32,000 bases of DNA. It comes from Patescibacteria group bacterium. Its GTDB lineage: Bacteria > Patescibacteriota > Minisyncoccia > UBA6257 > HR35. The DNA lies in NCBI GenBank assembly GCA_023480925.1, contig JAMCWY010000016.1, positions 9,269 to 41,268 of the forward strand. Reading direction: 5' to 3'. Shown piece by piece: positions 14,592 to 22,204 of the stretch. A program made the position numbers and the translations under genes. Positions within the stretch are counted from its first letter, which is position 1; each line of letters opens with the position of its first letter. The notes under the pieces are model-generated. The model was not told the origin of the DNA. It did not search any database and saw only the letters and a list, made by a program, of their open reading frames with translations.

Positions 14592-15431
14592 ATGTTTAAA
14601 TTGCTCGCGCAATATGGCGCGCAAAATTATCCGTCCAATGTTCCGCCAACACCGTCGGCTCAACCTTTTCCGACTCAACAAATTCCCACTCAAGGAATTT
14701 TGCCGTCAAACGGTTTCGGTATGTATCCGCCGATAACCAACTCGATTCAAAACTCGCCCCAGACGAACGCGGTTGACCAGTTCGCGCAATACGTCCAGAA
14801 TTTTCAAATCTCTCTTCTCCAATTTATCGAGAGATTTGTCGGCGCTTTGATTTTTGTCGTTGTTGGTTTTTTTGTCGCTTGGATTATCGAGTGGGCGGTC
14901 AGATGGTTGATTGAAACGCTTAAGATCAACGAGTTTTTGAAAAATATCGGTTTTGAAAAATGGTTGGAAAGAGGCAATATCGCTCTAAAGACCGAAAGAT
15001 TTGTCGGTAAGTTGGTCTTCTGGGTTGTTTGGGTTTTGTTCTGGATGCCAGCTTTTGACCTTTTGAATCTTGCCGCTTTCAACACTTTTCTTTACCAAAT
15101 CATCGGCTACCTGCCTACGGCGATTGCCGGCGGTTTGATCTTTGTTGTTTCAATCTTTATCGCTGAATTCGTCAAACGTATCGTCATCGGCGTTCTGAAA
15201 AGTTCCGAAGTTAGCGGCGCCAATATTGGCGGTGAAGTTGTTTATTGGGCTATAATTATCTTTGGTTTAGCCGCGGCCTTGTCTCAACTGGGCGTCGCCA
15301 CCGTGATTATCAACATTCTCTTGACCGGTTTAGTCGGTTTGATCGCCCTAGGCGGCGGTTTGGCCTTTGGCTTGGGTGGTCAGGAAGCGGCAAAAGACTT
15401 TATTGATAAGATTCGAAGAGAAATACATTAA
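14592..15431 (+). CDS. Multi-pass membrane protein of the conserved-TM-helix repeat type (mechanosensitive-channel-associated family), with a Pro/Gln-rich N-terminus
   Basis: 279 aa. It has repeated units of an amphipathic lead-in plus a TM helix (LP.AI.G.LIFVV..FIA.FV...V) and a C-terminal GLAFGLGGQEAAKDF. From memory this resembles the Pfam TM_helix (PF05552) repeat. Confidence 0.55.
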   Translation: MFKLLAQYGAQNYPSNVPPTPSAQPFPTQQIPTQGILPSNGFGMYPPITNSIQNSPQTNAVDQFAQYVQNFQISLLQFIERFVGALIFVVVGFFVAWIIEWAVRWLIETLKINEFLKNIGFEKWLERGNIALKTERFVGKLVFWVVWVLFWMPAFDLLNLAAFNTFLYQIIGYLPTAIAGGLIFVVSIFIAEFVKRIVIGVLKSSEVSGANIGGEVVYWAIIIFGLAAALSQLGVATVIINILLTGLVGLIALGGGLAFGLGGQEAAKDFIDKIRREIH

Positions 15432-15457
15432 AAGTTCTAATAACGAAATCAATAAAA

Positions 15458-15489
15458 AGGGCGGCCTAAAAACCGTCCTTTTTATTTTT
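15458..15489 (+). terminator. Rho-independent terminator
   Basis: AGGGCGG / CCGTCCT stem of 7 bp (one G.U pair) with an 8-nt loop, followed by TTTTTATTTTT. Confidence 0.55.
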
Positions 15490-15651
15490 ACCGCCACGGA
15501 ACGCCGGCCTCGATGAAGTTAAATACTTTAGACCGGGCCTATACCAAAAAAACCCCGGCTGAGTCTATTGAAATGATCAATTTTGCCTGAACGAAATCTT
15601 TAGAAATCTGGAAATGAATCGAGCGAATGAATGAAAATTTTCCCGGCGCGG

Positions 15652-16740
15652 CTAAATTAAAGCCTGAATAACGCCGAAACCAAAGAGCGCGATCAAGAGC
15701 CAAACCAATCTTTTATCCAGGTGAAAATATTTGACCTCGGGCAGTTTCAGATAGATTAAAAAGATAACGATGAGGTTGAGACCGATAAAAAAGCTGCCGA
15801 CAAATCCGGCTAAGCCGGCGATTTTTTCAATCGGGAAAAAAATAAAAGCGTAAATCGGAAGAACTGAAACAAACCAAGCGGAAATTTTTTGAAAGTTAAA
15901 ATCAGCGATCAAACCGCGCTCGATATAAAAAACCAAAACGATAAACGTCGTCAGGATATTTAAAACGCCCAGCAGAACCGCGCCGAGCAAAAATAATTTC
16001 GGCAGATAAAAACTAAAACTGGTCAAGCTGTCATCGCTAATCCTCGGACCAAAAGCGCCGGCAACGGTTAAAACATAAAAGACGTAAATGAGAAAAACAA
16101 GAAGTAAGGCGGTTAGATTTATTTTTTTGAACGCCCGCGCGTCCCGGCCAATCAAATCGTAGACTAACTGAAGCGAAGAATAACCGGTCAAAGAAAAAAG
16201 AATGATGCCGAAAGAAGAGAGCGGCTGGCCAAAATTAAAATTCAAGTTGGCCAAGTTAAAATTAGACAGAAGATAAATTCCGACAAAAATAAAGAGACCG
16301 ATCAAAAAAATCGTTAGCCAACCTTCGATTTTCGCCAAGGGATTAATGGAAAAACCAAGGCCAAGGCCGATTAAAACAAATGTGGCCAATTTGATTAAAA
16401 ACGGGTCAACGGGAATAATCAAAGCGATAAACTTGGCCAAGGCGACCAGAAAAATCAAGGCGGTCAACTCAACGCCGATGTAATCGCTCAGCCAAACCGG
16501 CAGTTTTAAACTTGGTCGGATCAACCGGCCGGCCAAACTGGGCAGGTTGTGCTTTTGGCCAACATAAAAAATTATCTCGGCGTAAGCGAGATGAAGAAGA
16601 TAAATGGCGGCGGCGAGAAGGCTAAGCCAAAACCAAAAATAAAGACCGGCCTGGCCGGCGGCGTAAGGCAAAATAAAAACGCCCAAACCAACGATCGTGC
16701 TGACGATTAAAAAAACCGCTAACCAAAATTTATTTTTCAC
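15652..16740 (-). CDS. Polytopic membrane transporter, amino-acid permease-like (Aa_trans/HAAAP-type)
   Basis: 362 aa with about 11 hydrophobic segments and a GTG start. The N-terminal motif TIVGLGVFILPYAAGQAGL resembles G.G.L.LP.A...AG of amino-acid/auxin-type permeases. Confidence 0.55.
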   Translation of the reverse strand: MKNKFWLAVFLIVSTIVGLGVFILPYAAGQAGLYFWFWLSLLAAAIYLLHLAYAEIIFYVGQKHNLPSLAGRLIRPSLKLPVWLSDYIGVELTALIFLVALAKFIALIIPVDPFLIKLATFVLIGLGLGFSINPLAKIEGWLTIFLIGLFIFVGIYLLSNFNLANLNFNFGQPLSSFGIILFSLTGYSSLQLVYDLIGRDARAFKKINLTALLLVFLIYVFYVLTVAGAFGPRISDDSLTSFSFYLPKLFLLGAVLLGVLNILTTFIVLVFYIERGLIADFNFQKISAWFVSVLPIYAFIFFPIEKIAGLAGFVGSFFIGLNLIVIFLIYLKLPEVKYFHLDKRLVWLLIALFGFGVIQALI

Positions 16741-16747
16741 TTTTGGT

Positions 16748-17320
16748 TTAATGAGATAATTCTCCGTCGTTCTCTTTTTTGATCAACTCGATCATCTTTT
16801 CAACCAAAACTTTCGGCTCCGCTTCCCAAATAATTTTGCCCGGACCGCGGTGAGCCTCGCGAACGATATCGTCCATCAACGACTCGGTTCCGCCCGAACC
16901 AGCCAAGACGCCCATTGGTTTGTCGTCTTCAAAAGTGATCGTGAACTCGTTCAACGTTCCCATTCGGCCGCAAATAAAAATACCGCCGTCGCCCGTTCGA
17001 GTTAAAAGCAAATTCCGGCCCGAGTAGAAAAAGCCGGTGTAAATAATGAGGTGATGATAATCTTCGGGCAGTTTGTAGACATTAAGATGTTCCCGCCTTG
17101 TTCGAGCCGGCGAAAGACCAACGACAAAACCGTTGTTTTCAAACGCGCCTTTTGCCGCCCAAAGCGGTACGCCGGTGGTAGCGCCATCAATCAAAACACA
17201 GCCCTGTTTGGCAATTTCCTGACCGACGGCGTAAGCAAGATCGTGGACATTCTCAACACAAGGTGACGAATCAGCCGCGCCCGAAACGACGATTTTTATT
17301 TTTGGTTCCCAAATTGCCAT
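16748..17320 (-). CDS. LOG / TIGR00725-family Rossmann-fold protein (SLOG superfamily)
   Basis: 190 aa with I.VSGAA...LA..VG.EIAK.G..LI.G...GV...A.GA...G..VG..P, then GR.GTLNEF corresponding to the PGG.GT..E motif. Confidence 0.65.
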   Translation of the reverse strand: MAIWEPKIKIVVSGAADSSPCVENVHDLAYAVGQEIAKQGCVLIDGATTGVPLWAAKGAFENNGFVVGLSPARTRREHLNVYKLPEDYHHLIIYTGFFYSGRNLLLTRTGDGGIFICGRMGTLNEFTITFEDDKPMGVLAGSGGTESLMDDIVREAHRGPGKIIWEAEPKVLVEKMIELIKKENDGELSH

Positions 17321-17366
17321 AATAAGATCTAATTTTTTAAATTTTTATTTTTCTATTTTTTAACTC

Positions 17367-17402
17367 AACTTAATCAATTGCAATATTCAACTTGATTAAG
17401 TT
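17367..17402. repeat. Perfect 11-bp inverted repeat with a 14-nt spacer in the infC / LOG-family intergenic region
   Basis: AACTTAATCAA (17367-17377) and TTGATTAAGTT (17392-17402) are exact reverse complements. Confidence 0.9.
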
Positions 17403-17504
17403 AAAAATGATTTTAAGCCGCCAACCATTTTTCTTTTTGACCGAACGAGATCGCGGTTTTTTTTCGCCAGACAGTGGCCAATGCCAGAGGTCCGGCGCAA
17501 AACT

Positions 17505-18077
17505 TTATTTGATTTGGTCAACTTTAATCTTTTCCGAATCGATCTTTTCATTTTTGTTTTCATTTTTCGCGTTGCTTCTGTCTTTGACCACGGTCGTGAT
17601 CAAAAAATTCGGCTGTTTTTTTATCGCCTGAACGAATTTGATCGGCGTTAAAATTAATCCTAAAAAAATTTTTAATTTTGTCTCGGCCAAATCGAGATGA
17701 AGCCGCTGGCGGCCGCGCATGCTCAAACGAACTTGAACCTGGCCGCCATCGTTCAAAAAAATCGTCGCTTGATTGGCTTTGCGTTCAAGATCGTTTTGGG
17801 CTTCTTGAAAACTGATTCTAACTTCTTTCAACTCCGATCCCTTTTTCTTTTCCCGACGCTCTTGCCGCTCTTTTTTCTTTTCCAGGTAAAAAACTTTTTT
17901 CAAATCATCGAGACGGATAACCGGCGGTTGGGCTTTTAGACTAACTAAAACCAAATCCAAGCCTTCTTTTTCACTCATAGTAATCGCCTCGGCCAAGCTA
18001 AAAACGCCAATCTGCTTTCCGTCTTGACTAATCAATCTAACTTCTTTCGGATTTAATTTTCTTAATCTAAAATCTAT
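17505..18077 (-). CDS. infC: Translation initiation factor IF-3 (start probably non-canonical; ORF-track TTG at 18035 is internal)
   Basis: IF3 N- and C-domain sequence (GKQIGV.S..EA...A.E.GLDLV.VS....PPV.R..D; KE.R.......D...K......FL..G..V.V....GR). The frame stays open upstream of 18035 and encodes ...IDFRLRKLNPKEVRLISQDG, which contains the conserved EVRLI segment. Candidate starts are ATA at 18077 or CTG at 18080. Confidence 0.9.
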   Translation of the reverse strand: MDFRLRKLNPKEVRLISQDGKQIGVFSLAEAITMSEKEGLDLVLVSLKAQPPVIRLDDLKKVFYLEKKKERQERREKKKGSELKEVRISFQEAQNDLERKANQATIFLNDGGQVQVRLSMRGRQRLHLDLAETKLKIFLGLILTPIKFVQAIKKQPNFLITTVVKDRSNAKNENKNEKIDSEKIKVDQIK

Positions 18078-18090
18078 CAGTTTAAATTTT

Positions 18091-18099
18091 ATTATAACA
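18091..18099 (-). promoter_or_regulatory. Extended -10 element TGTTATAAT upstream of infC
   Basis: The minus strand reads TGTTATAAT. It lies 13 nt upstream of the ATA candidate start. Confidence 0.4.
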
Positions 18100-18381
18100 T
18101 ATTTTTGGTCGCGCCAACTGAAACTAAGGACCGGATCAAATCGACACCCGCGCCATCCTCCCTAGGGTGAAGCGCTAAACAGAAAACTTCCTTTTCCTTA
18201 ATTAAAAAACGGGCGCGGGCAAAATCAAAAATTGTAAAGAAAGTTTTTCTGCGAGGCAGACTGCCATCCTCGGCGGCTGGCGGCGAGTTAGCAATTCTTG
18301 CTAAAATGGGTTCGCGCGTGGTTGTATAAATACACCATTACAAAACTCAACGACTTTTTCGAGAGCCGGAAAGTTTGATTG

Positions 18382-18728
18382 TGGTGGAGATGGCGGGAGT
18401 CGAACCCGCGTCGAAGAAAAAAATTTTCTAGGCTCTCCTGGCGCATTCGGATTTAATTTAGAAATCCAAAGCTAAGAATCCGACAAAAAACTTTGAACTT
18501 CAGTTAGCAAAAGTTTAAAGACGTCAAAGGCCAACTGACTTCCACGCCTCGATTTGAGCAAGTGAACCCAAAGAGCAGCGCCCAACAACTAACTCTTCGA
18601 GCCGCGGTTTAGGCAACCGCGTATGCCAAAGGTTGATTGGCGTTTATGTTGTTTTGTTTGATTTTGGTTCAAACGGACCAGCCAGCTCCTTTGAATTTTT
18701 TTTCCTCCTCGAATTCCGGGGCATCCCC
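18382..18728 (-). ncRNA. ssrA: tmRNA (SsrA), one-piece standard form, 347 nt
   Basis: The 5' end is GGGGAUGCCCCGGAAUUCGAGG and the 3' end is GCGGGUUCGACUCCCGCCAUCUCCACCA. The acceptor stem pairs G1-G7 with a G3.U pair. An internal tag frame reads GCC AAU CAA CCU UUG GCA UAC GCG GUU GCC UAA (ANQPLAYAVA, 18641-18609). It lies 6 nt downstream of smpB. Confidence 0.93.
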
Positions 18729-18734
18729 ATTTAA

Positions 18735-19199
18735 TTATAATTTATGCTTGCCGCTTTTTAGCGTGCGCTCGCGCTCTCGTTCAAAATCGCGTTTTTTTAT
18801 TTTTTCGCGCTTCTCGTATTTTTTCAAGCCCTTGACCAGGGCGATCTCGATCTTGATCAAACCATTTTTATTATACACCCTAATTGGCACGATTGTCAAG
18901 CCCAGATTGTTCAACTGATTGACTAAAAAATTTATCTCCCGCCGGTGCAAGATCAAACGGCGGCGGCGGTTCTCATCGTAATCTTTCGCGATGTTCTTTG
19001 GCTGAGACGCCGGTATTTTAAAATTAACCAAATAAAGCTCGTCGCCAACCCGGCTGACATAACTAGCCTTAATCGAACCGCGGCCAAGAAACAAGGACTG
19101 GACCTCGAAACCTTTCAACTCGACTCCCGCCTCAAACTTTTCCAAAATTTCATAGTGGTGAAAAATTTCTCGGTTAAAAATATCTATTTTTCTGCTCAT
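18735..19199 (-). CDS. smpB: SsrA-binding protein SmpB
   Basis: The SmpB sequence begins at an internal Met at 19199 (MSRKIDIFNREIFHHYEILEKFEAGVELKG.EV.S...G). It has LHRREI, N.GLT.VP and the basic C-terminal tail. The upstream part of the track ORF is discarded. Confidence 0.95.
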   Translation of the reverse strand: MSRKIDIFNREIFHHYEILEKFEAGVELKGFEVQSLFLGRGSIKASYVSRVGDELYLVNFKIPASQPKNIAKDYDENRRRRLILHRREINFLVNQLNNLGLTIVPIRVYNKNGLIKIEIALVKGLKKYEKREKIKKRDFERERERTLKSGKHKL

Positions 19200-19296
19200 T
19201 GAGTTAAAATTAAATTTATTCAGCCGCGAGTTTTGTCGATTCCCGATTTTCTCTTCCTTTAAACGTTCGCGAAAACAGGCTGGCGGACTTATCTTA

Positions 19297-19310
19297 TATA
19301 ATAATATAAT
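19297..19310 (+). promoter_or_regulatory. Tandem TATAAT boxes 8 nt upstream of the ftsK ATG (leaderless-type)
   Basis: TATAAT at 19297-19302 and at 19305-19310, with the ATG at 19319. Confidence 0.4.
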
Positions 19311-19318
19311 ACTAAGAG

Positions 19319-21523
19319 ATGAAAAATAATAAAAAGTCCGGCAAAAAACAACCGCCTTCAAAAAAACAAAAGTTTAACGCCAACGGCAAAAACGGCAAAA
19401 ATAATTTTAATGAAACCCGCCTGGCCGTCACGGACAAGATTTTTAATCATTATCTGACCGGCGAAATTATCGGTTGGCTTTTTATATTTTTCGGCGCGTT
19501 TGTCGCTTTGGCCAATTACAACAAGGCCGGCTATTTTGGTCTCCAGATCAGCAATCATCTCATCGTCTTTCTTGGCCAGACCAGTTTGCTTTTCAGCCTT
19601 CTCTGCCTTTTTGTCGGTCTCTCTTGGCTCTTAAAGATAAAAGCGTTTTGGAAAATCAGCAATAGCGTCAGCGCGACGATTATTTTTTTAACCTTAGTCG
19701 GATTCAGCCAGATAATCTTTAATAACGGCGGTCGCCTGGGCCGAGTAATCGCCAACACGAACTATTTTTTTGGCAACTGGGGCTTGATCGTCCTGATGCT
19801 CATTCTTGACATTGTCTCTCTTTCCATTATTTTGGAAAAACCTCTTTTCGAGGCAATCGCGGGGTTAAAAAAGAAAAAAGAGCTGATCGAACCAACGCCA
19901 AGCGAGGAAGCCACGGTCAAAAAATCAATTCTGTCAAAATTAAACCTGCCTAAAATTTTACCGTCGCTTTGGCAAAAAAATAAAAAAACCGCGGCTAAGG
20001 CGATTGAGACGAAAAATAACAAGGACAAAGTTCCAACCAAGGAAATAAAACAAAAACTGCCGATTAAATCGATTTGGAAATTACCAAGCATTGAACTTTT
20101 GGAAAAAAGCGAGAGTGTGGCCGAAAGCGGCGACATCAAGACGAACATCATCATCATCGTCAAAACTTTGGCCAACTTCGGCATTCCGGTCGAGGTGGCC
20201 GAGATAACGGTTGGGCCGACGGTTACTCGTTACGCGATCAAACCGCCCGACGGAATAAAAATTTCAAAAATCAGCTCGCTTCAAAACGACCTGGCTTTGG
20301 CTTTGGCCGCGCCAAGCATCAGAATGGAAACACCGATTCCGGGCAAATCCCTGATTGGCCTGGAAGTGCCGAACAAGAAAGTGGCGATCGTCAGATTGAG
20401 GCCGTTAGTTGAAAATAAAGAATTTTTTGCCCACAACAATCTTCTCTCTTTCCCGATCGGCAAAACAATCACAGGCGAATCTTTCTATGCCGATATGGCG
20501 ATGATGCCACATCTTCTGATCGCCGGCACGACCGGTTCGGGCAAATCTATGTTTATTCACTCGATCTTAACTTCATTTTTGGTAAAAAACACTCCGGAAA
20601 CGCTTAATTTTATCTTAGTTGACCCTAAACGAGTCGAGCTGATCCGCTACGACGACTTGCCTCATTTAATCATGGCGCCGGTTCTTGATGTCCGCAAAGT
20701 TGTCTCGGTTATGCAGTGGCTTATTCGAGAAATGGAAAATCGCTATATTATTTTTCAAGACAACAAAGTTCGCGACATTAATTCTTACAATAAACTTCAA
20801 ATCCAAACCAAAGGCAAAATTTTGCCCCGAATAATTCTGGTTATCGACGAGATGGCCGATCTGATGCTTTCCCAAGGCAATGTCATCGAAGCAACGATTA
20901 TCCGCCTGACCCAGATGGCCCGAGCGACCGGCATTCATTTAATTTTAGCGACGCAAAGGCCATCGGTTGATGTTGTCACCGGTTTGATTAAAGCGAACAT
21001 CCCCAACCGAATCTGTTTCAAAGTCGCTTCTCAAGTTGATTCAAGGACGGTCCTTGATTCAATCGGCGCGGAAAAACTTCTTGGCGCCGGCGATATGCTT
21101 TTTATGGGCTACACCTTTGGCGCGCCAAAGCGACTTCAAGCCGCCTTAATCACGGAAAAAGAAATCAACGGCGTGGTTGATTTTTGGAACAAACAAAAAG
21201 ACGTTCTCGGTTTCGAACCGCCCCAGGTCGATCTTGTAGAACCGGCCGGCCCGGAATTTTTTGGCGAGAACAATGACGATAACGATGACTTGATGCCGCT
21301 TGCTTATAAATTAGTCGTGGAAACCGGCCGAGCTTCAACTTCATTTCTCCAACGAAAACTCAAGGTCGGCTACGCTCGGGCCGCCCGGCTTTTGGATCTT
21401 CTTGAAGAAAAAGGAGTGGTTGGCCCGGCTGAAGGAGCGAAACCGCGACGAATCCTCGTTCAAACCGAAACCGAAAAGGAATTATTCGAAGCCGAAACCA
21501 ACAACGATGACGAGATTGAATGA
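19319..21523 (+). CDS. ftsK: DNA translocase FtsK/SpoIIIE
   Basis: 734 aa with N-terminal TM helices and Walker A (AGTTGSGKS). It also has VIDEMADLM, ATQRPSVDV and a C-terminal winged-helix gamma domain (RASTSFLQRKLKVGYARAARLLDLLEEKGVVGP). Confidence 0.95.
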   Translation: MKNNKKSGKKQPPSKKQKFNANGKNGKNNFNETRLAVTDKIFNHYLTGEIIGWLFIFFGAFVALANYNKAGYFGLQISNHLIVFLGQTSLLFSLLCLFVGLSWLLKIKAFWKISNSVSATIIFLTLVGFSQIIFNNGGRLGRVIANTNYFFGNWGLIVLMLILDIVSLSIILEKPLFEAIAGLKKKKELIEPTPSEEATVKKSILSKLNLPKILPSLWQKNKKTAAKAIETKNNKDKVPTKEIKQKLPIKSIWKLPSIELLEKSESVAESGDIKTNIIIIVKTLANFGIPVEVAEITVGPTVTRYAIKPPDGIKISKISSLQNDLALALAAPSIRMETPIPGKSLIGLEVPNKKVAIVRLRPLVENKEFFAHNNLLSFPIGKTITGESFYADMAMMPHLLIAGTTGSGKSMFIHSILTSFLVKNTPETLNFILVDPKRVELIRYDDLPHLIMAPVLDVRKVVSVMQWLIREMENRYIIFQDNKVRDINSYNKLQIQTKGKILPRIILVIDEMADLMLSQGNVIEATIIRLTQMARATGIHLILATQRPSVDVVTGLIKANIPNRICFKVASQVDSRTVLDSIGAEKLLGAGDMLFMGYTFGAPKRLQAALITEKEINGVVDFWNKQKDVLGFEPPQVDLVEPAGPEFFGENNDDNDDLMPLAYKLVVETGRASTSFLQRKLKVGYARAARLLDLLEEKGVVGPAEGAKPRRILVQTETEKELFEAETNNDDEIE

Positions 21524-22118
21524 GACGCTCCTGGAGTTGCGCCAGAAAAAAAAATTAAATCAAAACGAACTCGCCGCTCATTTAAAAATTTCAGTTAGGC
21601 AGATCGAATTAATTGAAAGTCCAAAATTCAGAAAACTGCCGCGCCTGACCCTGACGCGGATCCTTGAACGTTATGAAAAATTTTTTAATTTGGGAAAGAA
21701 CGAGTTAATCAAAGAACTCAGCTTGGCCGGGGAAGAAGTTGAAGTTGATCTTTTTAAAAACCACAAAAAAGTTTTTTGGTTCAAGCCCACATCGCTTCTC
21801 CGTAATTTTTTGTTTTTAATTTTGATTATTTTTATTCTTTACCAGTTTTCAAAATTAATCTTGCCGCCGAAAATTAAAATTTTTTATCCAAGCCAAAACT
21901 TCGTCTCGAGCCAAAATTCCCTCGTGATTAAGGGCTATCTTAACCCGAGGAACAGCTTGATGATCAACGACGAAATAATCACAACCGATCGGAACGGCAA
22001 CTTTCAAGAACCGGTTCTGCTTCGACCGGGCCGAAACGACTTCGTCTTCGAAGGAACAAATTTCTGGGGCGGCCACTCCCTTCTCAAACGAACAATTTAC
22101 TATATTGGCGCCAAGTAA
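21507..22118 (+). CDS. HTH (XRE-type) membrane-anchored protein with an extracytoplasmic Ig-like domain (RodZ-like topology)
   Basis: From the Met at 21507 it reads MTRLNETLLELRQKKKLNQNELAAHLKISVRQIELIE (helix-turn-helix). Then comes one TM helix (FLFLILIIFILYQF), then a beta-rich domain (SLVIKGY....L.IND..I....NGNF...V.L.PG.N.F.F). Overlaps the ftsK end by 17 nt. Confidence 0.6.
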   Translation: MTRLNETLLELRQKKKLNQNELAAHLKISVRQIELIESPKFRKLPRLTLTRILERYEKFFNLGKNELIKELSLAGEEVEVDLFKNHKKVFWFKPTSLLRNFLFLILIIFILYQFSKLILPPKIKIFYPSQNFVSSQNSLVIKGYLNPRNSLMINDEIITTDRNGNFQEPVLLRPGRNDFVFEGTNFWGGHSLLKRTIYYIGAK

Positions 22119-22204
22119 TTCACGCGCTGCGGCGCGGCCACGGTTAAGTTAAAAAGTCAAGGTTTAAAAAACTGCCCCGTATTTGGAAACTTTAGCTGGG
22201 GTGG

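Noticed and set aside
18100-18381. RNase P RNA, SRP RNA or a T-box leader in the ssrA-infC gap
   Set aside because: The fragments AGGGTGAAGCGC...ACAGAAAAC and CCGGAAAGT recall RNase P conserved regions. However, they occur in the wrong order and spacing, and the region is too short. I saw no GGAA-capped helix with AGCAGCC/GGCAG (SRP), and no T-box GGUGGUACCGCG-type sequence on either strand.
21402-21506. Upstream part of track ORF 21402-22118
   Set aside because: It lies within the ftsK gamma domain in another frame. The HTH domain begins right at the Met at 21507.
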